Shown piece by piece: positions 9,603 to 18,941 of a stretch of DNA of 64,000 nucleotides (position 1 is its first letter; each line of letters starts with the position of its first letter). Where the stretch lies: positions 32,001 through 96,000 of the IMG/VR virus record IMGVR_UViG_3300005077_000489, one strand, 5' to 3'. The notes under the pieces are model-generated. The model did not search any database and was not told where the DNA came from. It saw only the letters and a program-made list of their open reading frames with translations. The DNA is from a virus. Taxonomy: Duplodnaviria; Caudoviricetes. The position numbers were made by a program, and so were the translations under genes.

Positions 9603-11549
9603 ATGGGTATCTATCATTCTCGTCCGATAAGCGGCAGTGGGTCTATTCCTGTAGAAGTTTTAGGGAATGCTACAGAAGAAAATCCGGTCCTTGCACGAAA
9701 TGACCCCGCCGTATCTGCACTTGTTCTTTCTCTTGGGGCTGAGTCGGTTGCGGCTACTGAAGAGGTGGCTGGTGCGTCTCTCACAGGAGGAGCTGCTACC
9801 GTTTCTGATTCTGGAACCGGCAATACGATAGAGATTCATCCGAACGACGGCATCACGGCGAATACCAATCAGATCACCCTGAACCACCTTGCTGCTATTG
9901 CCGGAAACGTAGGATTGAGTAGCTTAAACACAGTGCTTGGTATTGGAGACCTTCTCGCTGCTCTTGGCACAATGGAAAACCACACAGAAGTGCTTTGGAA
10001 CAATATGGGCGGTGGAGTTGGGGAGTCTGCTATTAAGTCGTCTGCCAGCTTCACTTGGGACGAGGATAGTAAGCAGCTTACCATTCGCGGCAAGATCCAC
10101 TTGGAAAGCCCTATCGGAGAAACAGAAGAAACGGGAAATATCCTGGTAAACACTCTTGCTCCGATGTTGACCACCGGTGAGTCAAATATTCTTGTAGGCG
10201 GGGCTGGTGCTGCCGTCACAGAGGGCAGTCGGAACGTTGTTCTCGGTGGTGATGCCTTTGCTTCTGAAGACACGGGGTCTGACAACATCGTGCTCGGGGC
10301 TGGTGCGGCTAATCAGCAAACAGGGATTTTCGGGACTGTAGCGATAGGCACGGATGCCCTTAGCTGGAATACCGCAGCCGGATGTTTTGCTATTGGATTT
10401 GAAGCTCTCAGAGAACACACTACTGGTGCATATAGTATGGGGCTTGGCTATCAAGCCGGGAAGTATCAAACCGGGGAGGGTGTTTTAGCTATAGGCTACC
10501 AAGCACTCCTCGGTGTTGAGGGCTCCAGCACTGGATCAACCAATATAGCAATCGGCAACGGCGTCTTCAAGGGGATGACAACAGGGACGGTGAACCTCGG
10601 AATCGGTGACAATGTTGGGGAAGCCTTAACCACTTCGGAGAAAAATACGCTCATTGGCATCAACGTAATGGCGAATAGTACCTCCAGTAGTTCAGAAAAC
10701 GTAATGATTGGGAACAATATTGCAGATGTATATGGCGGAAATAGGTCTTGGAATGTTTTTGTTGGTTATGGGGCTGGACACGGCGATGCAGGCGGACTCT
10801 CAAATACGGTTGTTGGACATGGTGCGGGAGCTGGTTCAGGCGCTTTGGTTGAATGTGTTGCAATCGGAAGAGGCGCAATAAATCGAAATAGCGACAGCAC
10901 CGGAGCCGTGGCAGTTGGTGCTTATTCCTGCGAAAAGTCTGCCACTGTAGTCGGCAGAACTGCCGTAGGCACGGCTACAGGGTGTAACAACACCGGTAAC
11001 AATAACACCTTTGTTGGGTATAATTCAGGTTTAGGGGTTGAGGGGTCATCCACAGGTGGAAACAATACAACTCTTGGCTTTGAGACTCTGAAGGCACTCA
11101 CCTCGGGGGCAGGTAACTGTGTCGGCGGCTACCAGGGTATGAACGCCTTAACTACGGGCGACAGCAACACTTCGTGGGGCAGTCAGGCTGGAATCAAAGC
11201 AAACGGCGATTCTGACGGCAATATTTTTCTCGGATACATGGCCGGTCCGTCGTCTGCTGCGGCAATCGACAACGCTTTGTATATCCACAACGCTGAGGGG
11301 GCACCCACGATCTACGGCGATCTGGCCAACAAGTACGTCGGATTCGGGGGGATAGAAGACCCAGCAAGTCCGGTGGACATAAACGGTATTTTAACACTTA
11401 GGGCAACTACAGAACCAGAAGAGTCTCCTGCAACGGATAGTGTTTATTTATATCTTACTGCATCGGGTACTAGTCCAAGTAAAGACTTGTCTATATGGGC
11501 TAAATTTGAGGACGGTTCTGCCGAGATAATTAAAACTGTTACGGTATAA
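9603..11549 (+). CDS. Fibre/adhesin with Gly-rich N-x-x-x-G beta-roll repeats (YadA-head-like)
   Basis: Many (S/T)NI(A/V)(I/L)G..A-type repeats; GC-rich core. Confidence 0.7.
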   Translation: MGIYHSRPISGSGSIPVEVLGNATEENPVLARNDPAVSALVLSLGAESVAATEEVAGASLTGGAATVSDSGTGNTIEIHPNDGITANTNQITLNHLAAIAGNVGLSSLNTVLGIGDLLAALGTMENHTEVLWNNMGGGVGESAIKSSASFTWDEDSKQLTIRGKIHLESPIGETEETGNILVNTLAPMLTTGESNILVGGAGAAVTEGSRNVVLGGDAFASEDTGSDNIVLGAGAANQQTGIFGTVAIGTDALSWNTAAGCFAIGFEALREHTTGAYSMGLGYQAGKYQTGEGVLAIGYQALLGVEGSSTGSTNIAIGNGVFKGMTTGTVNLGIGDNVGEALTTSEKNTLIGINVMANSTSSSSENVMIGNNIADVYGGNRSWNVFVGYGAGHGDAGGLSNTVVGHGAGAGSGALVECVAIGRGAINRNSDSTGAVAVGAYSCEKSATVVGRTAVGTATGCNNTGNNNTFVGYNSGLGVEGSSTGGNNTTLGFETLKALTSGAGNCVGGYQGMNALTTGDSNTSWGSQAGIKANGDSDGNIFLGYMAGPSSAAAIDNALYIHNAEGAPTIYGDLANKYVGFGGIEDPASPVDINGILTLRATTEPEESPATDSVYLYLTASGTSPSKDLSIWAKFEDGSAEIIKTVTV

Positions 11550-11582
11550 TAATATAATTTACAAAGAGAAAGGAGAGGAATT

Positions 11583-11897
11583 ATGTCAAAGGTTTTTATT
11601 CATTTAGTTCTTAATACTGTTGATACTGAAGGGGTAAATACTGTTTTACAAACAGTAGTAAACGAGGAAGTGGAGGAGCAAGTAGATGCTGCTACAAGTA
11701 TGTCTGCGAAGATATTGTCTATAATTGCTAATAAGGATAAATTTCTAACATTTCCAGTAGAGAATGGTCTCGCATCTGTAAAGGGTTCTACTATTGAATG
11801 GTTCCAAGTGATAAATGTGGCGGAGATGAAAGAAGAAAAAATAGAGAAGGATAAATCTTATACCGTGCTGCCGCCCCGAAGGATTTTTGAGGAATAA
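11583..11897 (+). CDS. Hypothetical protein
   Basis: GAGGA RBS, 104 aa. Confidence 0.65.
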   Translation: MSKVFIHLVLNTVDTEGVNTVLQTVVNEEVEEQVDAATSMSAKILSIIANKDKFLTFPVENGLASVKGSTIEWFQVINVAEMKEEKIEKDKSYTVLPPRRIFEE

Positions 11898-11909
11898 GGT
11901 GTTAATATT

Positions 11910-12392
11910 GTGACTGAACGTTCTGTAGGAATAAATACCACCAACGCTACTGATTATGTTGCTGCCTTTATAGCGTCTGAACAAGCGGACGGGCATTCGA
12001 GACAGATTCAAATTATTGCATTTACCGGGGGGAAAATTGATTCTACAGTTGGTTCTCAGACTCGAAGTGTAACTAGTAATGATAGTGATAATTTAGAATA
12101 TATTTCGGATACTGTCGCCGTGGGCGATGACTGTTACTTAGGTTGCTACATTAAACACTCTGAGCCTAGCGGTTCTTGTGTGGTTACCCCATTATTGTGT
12201 GACGCCGGTGGCGGGGTAATAGGCGTACTAGAACCTAAAAAGTCTGTTGCTATTCCCGTTGCGAGTGGCTCTCATTATTTATCCACTTGCTTAACTTGGC
12301 AAATTATGGGTACTGGGGCATGGCGTGTCTATCCCCATATTAATAAGTTATCGGAGTCTAATAGTGTGGATGTCTGGCTTTACAGTTACTAA
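11910..12392 (+). CDS. Hypothetical beta-rich putative virion protein
   Basis: 160-aa ORF within the structural cluster. Confidence 0.6.
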   Translation: MTERSVGINTTNATDYVAAFIASEQADGHSRQIQIIAFTGGKIDSTVGSQTRSVTSNDSDNLEYISDTVAVGDDCYLGCYIKHSEPSGSCVVTPLLCDAGGGVIGVLEPKKSVAIPVASGSHYLSTCLTWQIMGTGAWRVYPHINKLSESNSVDVWLYSY

Positions 12393-12404
12393 GAGGGGAA
12401 TAAA

Positions 12405-12713
12405 ATGGACTCAATACAAGATTATAGACGTTCTAGTATTAAATATTCCTCAGTAAGTATTACATTAGCAGAAGACGTTATAGACTGGAGTTTGAGGGAG
12501 CATACGACTCTTTTCGACAAAACGACTATAGGGCGAGAAATAGTTCTAAGAAACACTGCTCCTATATTTGTTAAATTAAATTCAGTAATCAATGATACTA
12601 TAGAACTATTTGAGTATGAAGGTTTAAATATGGTGGGGTATCCGGTGGAAGATATATATATTTCAGGTGCCACAGGAGCGATCATCAGAATATTATTGCT
12701 GGGTTATAATTAA
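12405..12713 (+). CDS. Small putative virion protein, paralogue of 9264..9599
   Basis: DWSLREHTTLFD...VKLN...DIYISG...LGYN. Confidence 0.6.
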   Translation: MDSIQDYRRSSIKYSSVSITLAEDVIDWSLREHTTLFDKTTIGREIVLRNTAPIFVKLNSVINDTIELFEYEGLNMVGYPVEDIYISGATGAIIRILLLGYN

Positions 12714-12716
12714 AAA

Positions 12717-12857
12717 ATGGCTAGACCTAAGATAGTAATCATAGATAATAAATTAGGTAAGAAACCCAAGAGGCTGGACCTTAGTGCTTTTAATAAAGAA
12801 GGTTTACTAAAAAGATTGTACTTATTCTTTAAGTTTATACTAAAGGATACTTATTAG
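12717..12857 (+). CDS. Small basic ORF (46 aa), not in track
   Basis: ATG 3 nt after the previous stop; MARPKIVIIDNKLGKKPKRLDLSAF...KDTY*. Confidence 0.4.
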   Translation: MARPKIVIIDNKLGKKPKRLDLSAFNKEGLLKRLYLFFKFILKDTY

Positions 12858-12983
12858 AGAAGTTTAATTAATTATCTCTAGGCGGTTGGGTGTTACCCGG
12901 GTATGGTTAAACCTTAGTGTTTTGCAATAATGGGAATCTCCTGACTAAAAGTCCACGATTTTGAGATCCTAGGAAGAAGAATT

Positions 12984-13904
12984 ATGAATATACTTTATAA
13001 CTTATATAAACAATATAATTTTATGGATGCTACTATTGTTCAAGGAATGAGATCTTTGGGTCATCATGTATTTAGTGTCAATGAGGTAGCTAGTAATTAT
13101 GCAGAGCCTTATAATGGAGAGGATTATAGCCTTTATTTCCATTCTGGGCGTCTACCCTTCTCACCAAATCAAGCATCAATTCCTTCCGACTTGAAGGATG
13201 TTCCACGTATTCTTGTTTGGGGGCACGACTCAGGGATAACAAAAGAGCATCAATGGTTTCCTGATATATTAGGGTGGGATGCCTGCTTTATTCGTGATCT
13301 CCGCGAAAATTGTGGATCAAATGTTTTTCCAATTCACTACGGGATAGAAGATCGTTATTATTGTGAAACAAAAGAACTACGAAAACCACTCAGGGACAGG
13401 TCTATTGATATTTTCTTTAGAGGACAGTTATATAAGCACAGAGCCCAAATTCTTGCTGAGATCCAAAAAGAGTTTGGAAATACCTATATCCTATCAATTA
13501 ATGATAGGAGTCTTGATGACACAGATGACTTATGGACCCCGCAAATGAAAGATGGTAGAGGTATTCATCAAATTTCTTACTACCAGCAGATGGCAGATTC
13601 TAAAATAGTTCTCTCACTTTTAGGACTAGGACCTGACTGTGCGAGACATTGGGAGGCATTGGCATCTGGGGCAGTACCCCTTATTCAATTTATGCCAATT
13701 ATATATGTTAAGCCGTGGTTGAAAAATACGCAGGAGTATTTTTATTTTACTGGAATTGATGATTGTCTGTATATCATATCAGAATTACTAGAAAATCTTG
13801 ACCTGGCTCAATCTGTAGCTAATGCTGGCTTTGAATCCGGCATGCAGAATCATACAACCGCAAGTCGGGCAGAATATATCCTCGGATGTTTGGGGGTTAA
13901 ATAA
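12984..13904 (+). CDS. Glycosyltransferase (GT-B, CgeB/YkvP-like)
   Basis: IFFRG..Y.HRAQIL; C-terminal SKIVLSLLGLGPDCARHWEALASGAVPL and HTTASRAEYIL. Confidence 0.75.
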   Translation: MNILYNLYKQYNFMDATIVQGMRSLGHHVFSVNEVASNYAEPYNGEDYSLYFHSGRLPFSPNQASIPSDLKDVPRILVWGHDSGITKEHQWFPDILGWDACFIRDLRENCGSNVFPIHYGIEDRYYCETKELRKPLRDRSIDIFFRGQLYKHRAQILAEIQKEFGNTYILSINDRSLDDTDDLWTPQMKDGRGIHQISYYQQMADSKIVLSLLGLGPDCARHWEALASGAVPLIQFMPIIYVKPWLKNTQEYFYFTGIDDCLYIISELLENLDLAQSVANAGFESGMQNHTTASRAEYILGCLGVK

Positions 13905-16900
13905 TGCCTTTTATTCGGGATTCTATATGGGTTTATGAATCGGTAACAACCGATGCTGGTATTACTATTCCAATGCCAGCATATCAAGAGAACGATCTTA
14001 TCCTTGTTTTTGCTGCCTCTGATACAGGTGCAACAACATGGGGTTGTTCTGGGTTTACTCAACTCTATGCACGTGCTAACACCGTTTATACAGTGTGCTA
14101 TTACAAGATTGCAACCTCTAGTGAGAGTGACGTTGCGGTAACAGGTTCAAAAAACGAAACGTACAATGGGTGTGTTATTACTATTGGTGATGTTGATACT
14201 TCTTACCCATTTGGAAACCCGGCCGTTTATTCTGAAGCGGGTCTGACAACCGGTACTCGTTATAATATGCCCCAAATTACAACTGATAGAGATAATTGTC
14301 TAATAATATATTTTATGGCTCTTGCTGTGGTGTCCGCTCCCACCTTTATTCAGGGACCGGTTAATTATTTGATCGGAGGTGATGGTGCAGCAGAGTCTAT
14401 GGGGGTAGGGTGGGGATTTCAAAAAGCCCAGGGATCAACCGCAAGTAATGTTTATTCTGCGACCTACGCTTCGGCGGCTGGTGCTAGAGCAGTTATTGAA
14501 ATTGCTGCCCCAGCCACAGGAGCATTAGTAATTCCTTCATATGTTGCTTCCGATTCTTGTAGATTATTGAATCTTATTCATGGTACTACGGCTTGGAACG
14601 GTGATACGGCATTGGCGGCTACGGCAGACTCAAACTTTGGAACCAGTCTAGGTGGGAAAACAGCGAACGATGCAACGGTAGCTGCAGCACAAGATATAGG
14701 AATAATGTCCTTTCACGCTATGGGGGGACTTACAAACGCGAATACAGTCGGACAAATCAGTGGTGCAGAGTTGGTATTTGCTGTTGGTAACCGTCCTAAT
14801 GTAGGTACAAAAAACATTCTGTGCCACGTCAGACCTACTACTCCTGCTCACAGCCAGAGATTTGCCTCGGTTGTTAGCGGACGCGGGTTTTGGTTTGGTA
14901 TGCGTTCAAACACTACCGGAACATCGGATCATATGATTTGGCAGGTTCATGGTTCTGATGCTCCTTGGTCTCCTTCTGAACACGTTCCTATTATTATCAA
15001 TTCAGCGGCAGCGAATGCAAAAGATACTGCTGGGACACTTACTACATCCGCCATTACAGCATTCGGTTTTTGGAATAGTGGAATTTCCAACCTTACTTGT
15101 CAGATGTCCGTAGGTATGCTGTGGTTAATGGATGTAACGGTCATTGCAGGAGGAAACGCGGCTTATCCAATGACAATTCCAGACATTGCTTATATTTGTG
15201 GTGCCAAAGGTAAAGAACGGTATAGTGTAAAACAGCAGGGAGTTTCCCAGATGCTCTGTTTACAACAAATACAATTTGGTAACGGGGGTACAAATCCCAT
15301 ATACCTTAAATTAGAAAATACTGCTATCGAGTTCCCCAAGCAATATGATGCTGCTTCTAAGGTTGTTAATTATAATTCTACAGATAATATGGTAGGTATT
15401 ACTTACTACCCTGGTCCAAATGATACCATTATTCATCGTAATAGTTTGGTTTCAAGTCCTTCTAAATATTTCTGGGGACTACATTCCTCAGCGACTACTT
15501 CGGGTGTCTATGATTTTTCCGGGCTTACCTTAATTGGTGCGGGTCAAATAACACTTATTTCTGGTGTTGCCCTAGATGGCTTAGTTTTTATGGGTTGTGA
15601 CGAAGTACCGGCAGTAGGGGCTGTACTAACTAACTGCGAATTTAATGCTACCGTCGGGAGCGGTTCCCTTTCTGTTTCGTCGTCCGCGGAGATGTCTTCT
15701 ATATCTTCTTGTATTTTTTCTGATAATACATATGGGATACGCCTAACTAGTAGTTCTGCTGATACGTATTCTTTCGATAATATCCAATTTAACAATAATA
15801 CTAATGACCTTTACATAGGGGCTACAACCGGTACTGTTACGATTAATGTAGTAGGGGGAGATACGCCTACATATACTTCTGCTGGTGCTGATGTTGTAGT
15901 AAACAATTTAAAAACATTAACGTTAACTGGGTTAGTTCCTGATAGTGAAGTAAGGATTTATGGTTCTTCACAAGGAGGAACCACTAGTGGTACGCTAAGT
16001 AGTTTTAGCGAAACATTATCTTTATTTGGTGAGGGACTGGGCGATATGTCCTTCCGGCAGATATTACCATTTTCGGAAGCGGGGGAGTCTGTTCGGGTTA
16101 AGGTAAAATCCCCAGAGTTAGGAATTTTGAAGATAGACCATGCTTCTATAGGGGTTCAGGATACCGGCATTAATACTGTTTCTACTCCAGTAGAGATAAA
16201 GTGGGGCGGTAGCTCTGGTGTCACGCTGAGTGGCGGTACAATGGGTGCATCCTCTTCTTCTTATAGTACCACGTTAGATACACAAGATTCGGGGTGGGTT
16301 GGAGATAGTATAAGACAAATAGTTACATTCAGTAATGGGGGAACTCAAGTACGTGTAAGGGTCATTTCTTCTTCTTCTTATGGTACTGATATAGATCACA
16401 TGTCTATAGGAGAACAGGATACCGGTATAAATACTACGGAAACTCCTACAGAATTAAAGTTCGGTGGTAGCTCGGGTGTCAGTTTAGATGCTGGCTCCTC
16501 TTCTGAGTGGAGTGATTGGACTGATTTTCCCTCATCCGGCAGTACAGCTTATGTAATCATAATCGACTATGCGTCATCAAACGGTGGAATTGCTTATACT
16601 AGTGGGGCGAGTGTTAGTAGATACTATAAGGATGCTACTGCCACATGGGACCAGGCATCCGTTACAGGCTTCACAGGACCAGGAACTTATACATATACTT
16701 TTTATTCAATTGAAGTTAGGAGTGTGACCGGTTCTGCGGTGGAATCTTGGAGCGACTGGACTACATTTAATTCTGTTGAGGGTAACCAAATAATAATTTT
16801 TGATATGGCTGCTACCAACTCTGGTATTGCTTATGCTACCGGGTCAAGTGTTGATGCTTATTTTAAAGATGAGACTGATAGCTGGAACCAGTCTAGTGTC

Positions 16901-17182
16901 ACAGGCTTCACAGGACCAGCAGATTATAATTATGGTATAAGTGAGGTAGAGGTTTATTATGAGAACACAACTACCAGCGGGGAGATAGTTGAGTTGGGAG
17001 GGGTCGAAAACTCTAGTTCTAGTTTCCAATACTTATATAATTATACTGATAATACCTATGTGGATATAGTGATACATCATTTAAACTATCAATATTTTAG
17101 GATGGATAGTTATGAATTACCAGAGGCAGATACTTCACTTCCTATAAGTCAAGTAGTAGATAGAAGCTATTTGAATTCATAG
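13904..17182 (+). CDS. Large virion structural/fibre protein with beta-helix segment and nested internal duplication
   Basis: 1092 aa, Ser/Thr/Gly-rich; beta-helix-like FSDNTYGI..FDNIQFNNNTNDLY; duplicated domain at 16050-16950. Confidence 0.65.
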   Translation: MPFIRDSIWVYESVTTDAGITIPMPAYQENDLILVFAASDTGATTWGCSGFTQLYARANTVYTVCYYKIATSSESDVAVTGSKNETYNGCVITIGDVDTSYPFGNPAVYSEAGLTTGTRYNMPQITTDRDNCLIIYFMALAVVSAPTFIQGPVNYLIGGDGAAESMGVGWGFQKAQGSTASNVYSATYASAAGARAVIEIAAPATGALVIPSYVASDSCRLLNLIHGTTAWNGDTALAATADSNFGTSLGGKTANDATVAAAQDIGIMSFHAMGGLTNANTVGQISGAELVFAVGNRPNVGTKNILCHVRPTTPAHSQRFASVVSGRGFWFGMRSNTTGTSDHMIWQVHGSDAPWSPSEHVPIIINSAAANAKDTAGTLTTSAITAFGFWNSGISNLTCQMSVGMLWLMDVTVIAGGNAAYPMTIPDIAYICGAKGKERYSVKQQGVSQMLCLQQIQFGNGGTNPIYLKLENTAIEFPKQYDAASKVVNYNSTDNMVGITYYPGPNDTIIHRNSLVSSPSKYFWGLHSSATTSGVYDFSGLTLIGAGQITLISGVALDGLVFMGCDEVPAVGAVLTNCEFNATVGSGSLSVSSSAEMSSISSCIFSDNTYGIRLTSSSADTYSFDNIQFNNNTNDLYIGATTGTVTINVVGGDTPTYTSAGADVVVNNLKTLTLTGLVPDSEVRIYGSSQGGTTSGTLSSFSETLSLFGEGLGDMSFRQILPFSEAGESVRVKVKSPELGILKIDHASIGVQDTGINTVSTPVEIKWGGSSGVTLSGGTMGASSSSYSTTLDTQDSGWVGDSIRQIVTFSNGGTQVRVRVISSSSYGTDIDHMSIGEQDTGINTTETPTELKFGGSSGVSLDAGSSSEWSDWTDFPSSGSTAYVIIIDYASSNGGIAYTSGASVSRYYKDATATWDQASVTGFTGPGTYTYTFYSIEVRSVTGSAVESWSDWTTFNSVEGNQIIIFDMAATNSGIAYATGSSVDAYFKDETDSWNQSSVTGFTGPADYNYGISEVEVYYENTTTSGEIVELGGVENSSSSFQYLYNYTDNTYVDIVIHHLNYQYFRMDSYELPEADTSLPISQVVDRSYLNS

Positions 17183-17228
17183 TCCCTAGTTCTCAGAGAC
17201 GGACAGTTCTATTCCTAGAAGAACTTAC

Positions 17229-17296
17229 AGTCTGGGGCTACAGACTGGCTACGCGAGTAGCGGAAGCCCCCACCTTTAGGTGCGGGGAGTAGTCAC
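17229..17296 (+). mobile_element. Miniature non-autonomous IS200/IS605-family element, copy 1
   Basis: Preceded by TTAC; hairpin CAGTCTG-gggcta-CAGACTG; ends GAAGCCCCCACCTTTAGGTGCGGGGAGTAGTCAC, typical of IS605/TnpB-type right ends; second copy at 39590. Confidence 0.7.
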
Positions 17297-17301
17297 TTAG
17301 A

Positions 17302-17318
17302 TTAACTATCTTTGTTTT
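17302..17318 (+). promoter_or_regulatory. Candidate phage late-promoter motif TTAACTATCTTTGTTTT
   Basis: 16/17 identical to 37631..37647; core also at 26775; all lie upstream of structural genes. Confidence 0.35.
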
Positions 17319-17448
17319 CCCTAATAGAAGTCGGGATAGGTGTCATTCTCTATTTTCCAAGGAATAAATCTAAGACAACAAGTAAATATAATTTAATATC
17401 CTGACTTAATAAAGGTATTATAATTTTATTTATGGAGGTTTTAACACT

Positions 17449-18810
17449 ATGGCGATTATTACAGACCCTGATAATTTGAATCAGCATAGTGAAGTCGGGA
17501 TTTCTACCAATAACAAAACTATTGCTTGTAGTACTTCTGGTAACTTAACTACTGATGGAGTGGGTTTGCAGTGTCTTTATTCATTTCTGAAGGAAGAATG
17601 GAAGAATGATACTTTATTAATCAAATATCCTTTTCCTATGTTGGCTATTACGGAAGAGAAATTTGAGTTAATCAATGGTTGGGATTTCGCTAACTCTACG
17701 ACTAAAGAATTGATTAGAACAGGAGGTTGGGCTCTTAAGGATACGGGTGGAAGCACTCTGGAAGAGTATGCTGGTATTATAACCCTAGGTAGTTTAGATT
17801 CCGGCGATCAAGTTTATTATCAGCAATCTGCTGCTGGGGCTGCGACTAATATGGTATTAACTGGTCCCGCAAATCAAGCAGTTAAAACTTATGGTGATGT
17901 AACGCACGGTAACTTTGATTATCGCACATATTTTAAAATTTTCTGTCGTGAGTATCAAAAGATATATGCTTCTGCCCAGCTGAGCGACATCGGTGTTACC
18001 ACCATGACATACCAAGTGTACCGTTTCCCTGTTACTAACAGTGCTGATACAAAAATTACACACAATGATGCTACTGTGTCAGGTAGTTCTCCTTATGATG
18101 GAATGAGTCTTACTTGGTCCGGTTCTGCTTTTCAAAGAGATATCGGCGGGACCAGCAGGAATTTTCATGTGCTCATCGACGGTAACGATGGGACAGCCGA
18201 GCAGATTTACGAGTTTGTTCAATATCGACTGCGACAGAACGAGGATATTGATGAAGGTACCGGGGAAAAGATAGGAAAAGTTACCAATGACCTTTTAAGA
18301 TTCGTTGGTGATACTCTCTATACGCGGTTAGATAGTAATGGCGGGGTATTTATTGATAATTTTCAAACGGTTGACCGGAACCGTTTGGTTTTTGTCGATG
18401 ATACCGGGACTGAACGAACATTCCCATATGTTGCTGTTCTTACCTTGCAGTTTGGTGATAACCTAGTAAATGATGCCCAAGCTATTTATCGTGTCTTTTT
18501 TACTAACGATGATGCTGGTGATAATAATGGTTATGATTTTGGTACTTCAAACGCTATCACTGTCGATGATAATGATGATGTTCCTATGACTGGTAGTGTT
18601 TCTGGTGCCTCTTCTACGCAGTTGACTTTTGATTATGATAACAATGATCAAAGAGGGACTGGAAGTGCGGGGACTGAAGCACCTATTACTGTTGTTGCAC
18701 TGGGGCTGTCTACAGCACAGTATGTTATTGCTACCGGAACAATTGCACGAAGTATCAGTAACACCATATCTCTCGTGTCAAGCCTTGAGAGAAACTATAT
18801 CAATCCATAA
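17449..18810 (+). CDS. Putative virion structural protein
   Basis: GGAGG RBS; 453 aa, beta-rich; LYSFLKEEWK segment resembles VYSRWKDWV in 20613..21212. Confidence 0.6.
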   Translation: MAIITDPDNLNQHSEVGISTNNKTIACSTSGNLTTDGVGLQCLYSFLKEEWKNDTLLIKYPFPMLAITEEKFELINGWDFANSTTKELIRTGGWALKDTGGSTLEEYAGIITLGSLDSGDQVYYQQSAAGAATNMVLTGPANQAVKTYGDVTHGNFDYRTYFKIFCREYQKIYASAQLSDIGVTTMTYQVYRFPVTNSADTKITHNDATVSGSSPYDGMSLTWSGSAFQRDIGGTSRNFHVLIDGNDGTAEQIYEFVQYRLRQNEDIDEGTGEKIGKVTNDLLRFVGDTLYTRLDSNGGVFIDNFQTVDRNRLVFVDDTGTERTFPYVAVLTLQFGDNLVNDAQAIYRVFFTNDDAGDNNGYDFGTSNAITVDDNDDVPMTGSVSGASSTQLTFDYDNNDQRGTGSAGTEAPITVVALGLSTAQYVIATGTIARSISNTISLVSSLERNYINP

Positions 18811-18868
18811 TATTGATATTACTAGATTTTTAGGAAATTAAACTTTTTTGGTTTTCTAAGGAACAAAC

Positions 18869-18898
18869 TTAAGCATCTCCTGTCTAATGTATTATACT
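18869..18898 (+). promoter_or_regulatory. Possible sigma70-type promoter for the endonuclease gene
   Basis: TTAAGC-18 bp-TATACT in an AT-rich intergenic region; weak match. Confidence 0.25.
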
Positions 18899-18941
18899 TA
18901 AATTTTTTTTAAAAAAAATATTATTAGGCAGGAGATAAAAA

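Noticed and set aside
12860-12980. tRNA or other structured RNA in intergenic regions (also 26630-26900 and 37650-37790)
   Set aside because: No cloverleaf or T-arm GTTCRA with a matching acceptor stem; only short stems
17229-17296. Autonomous IS or full-length TnpB locus
   Set aside because: No tnpA/tnpB ORF adjacent, and the element is only about 70 bp; kept as a miniature non-autonomous element
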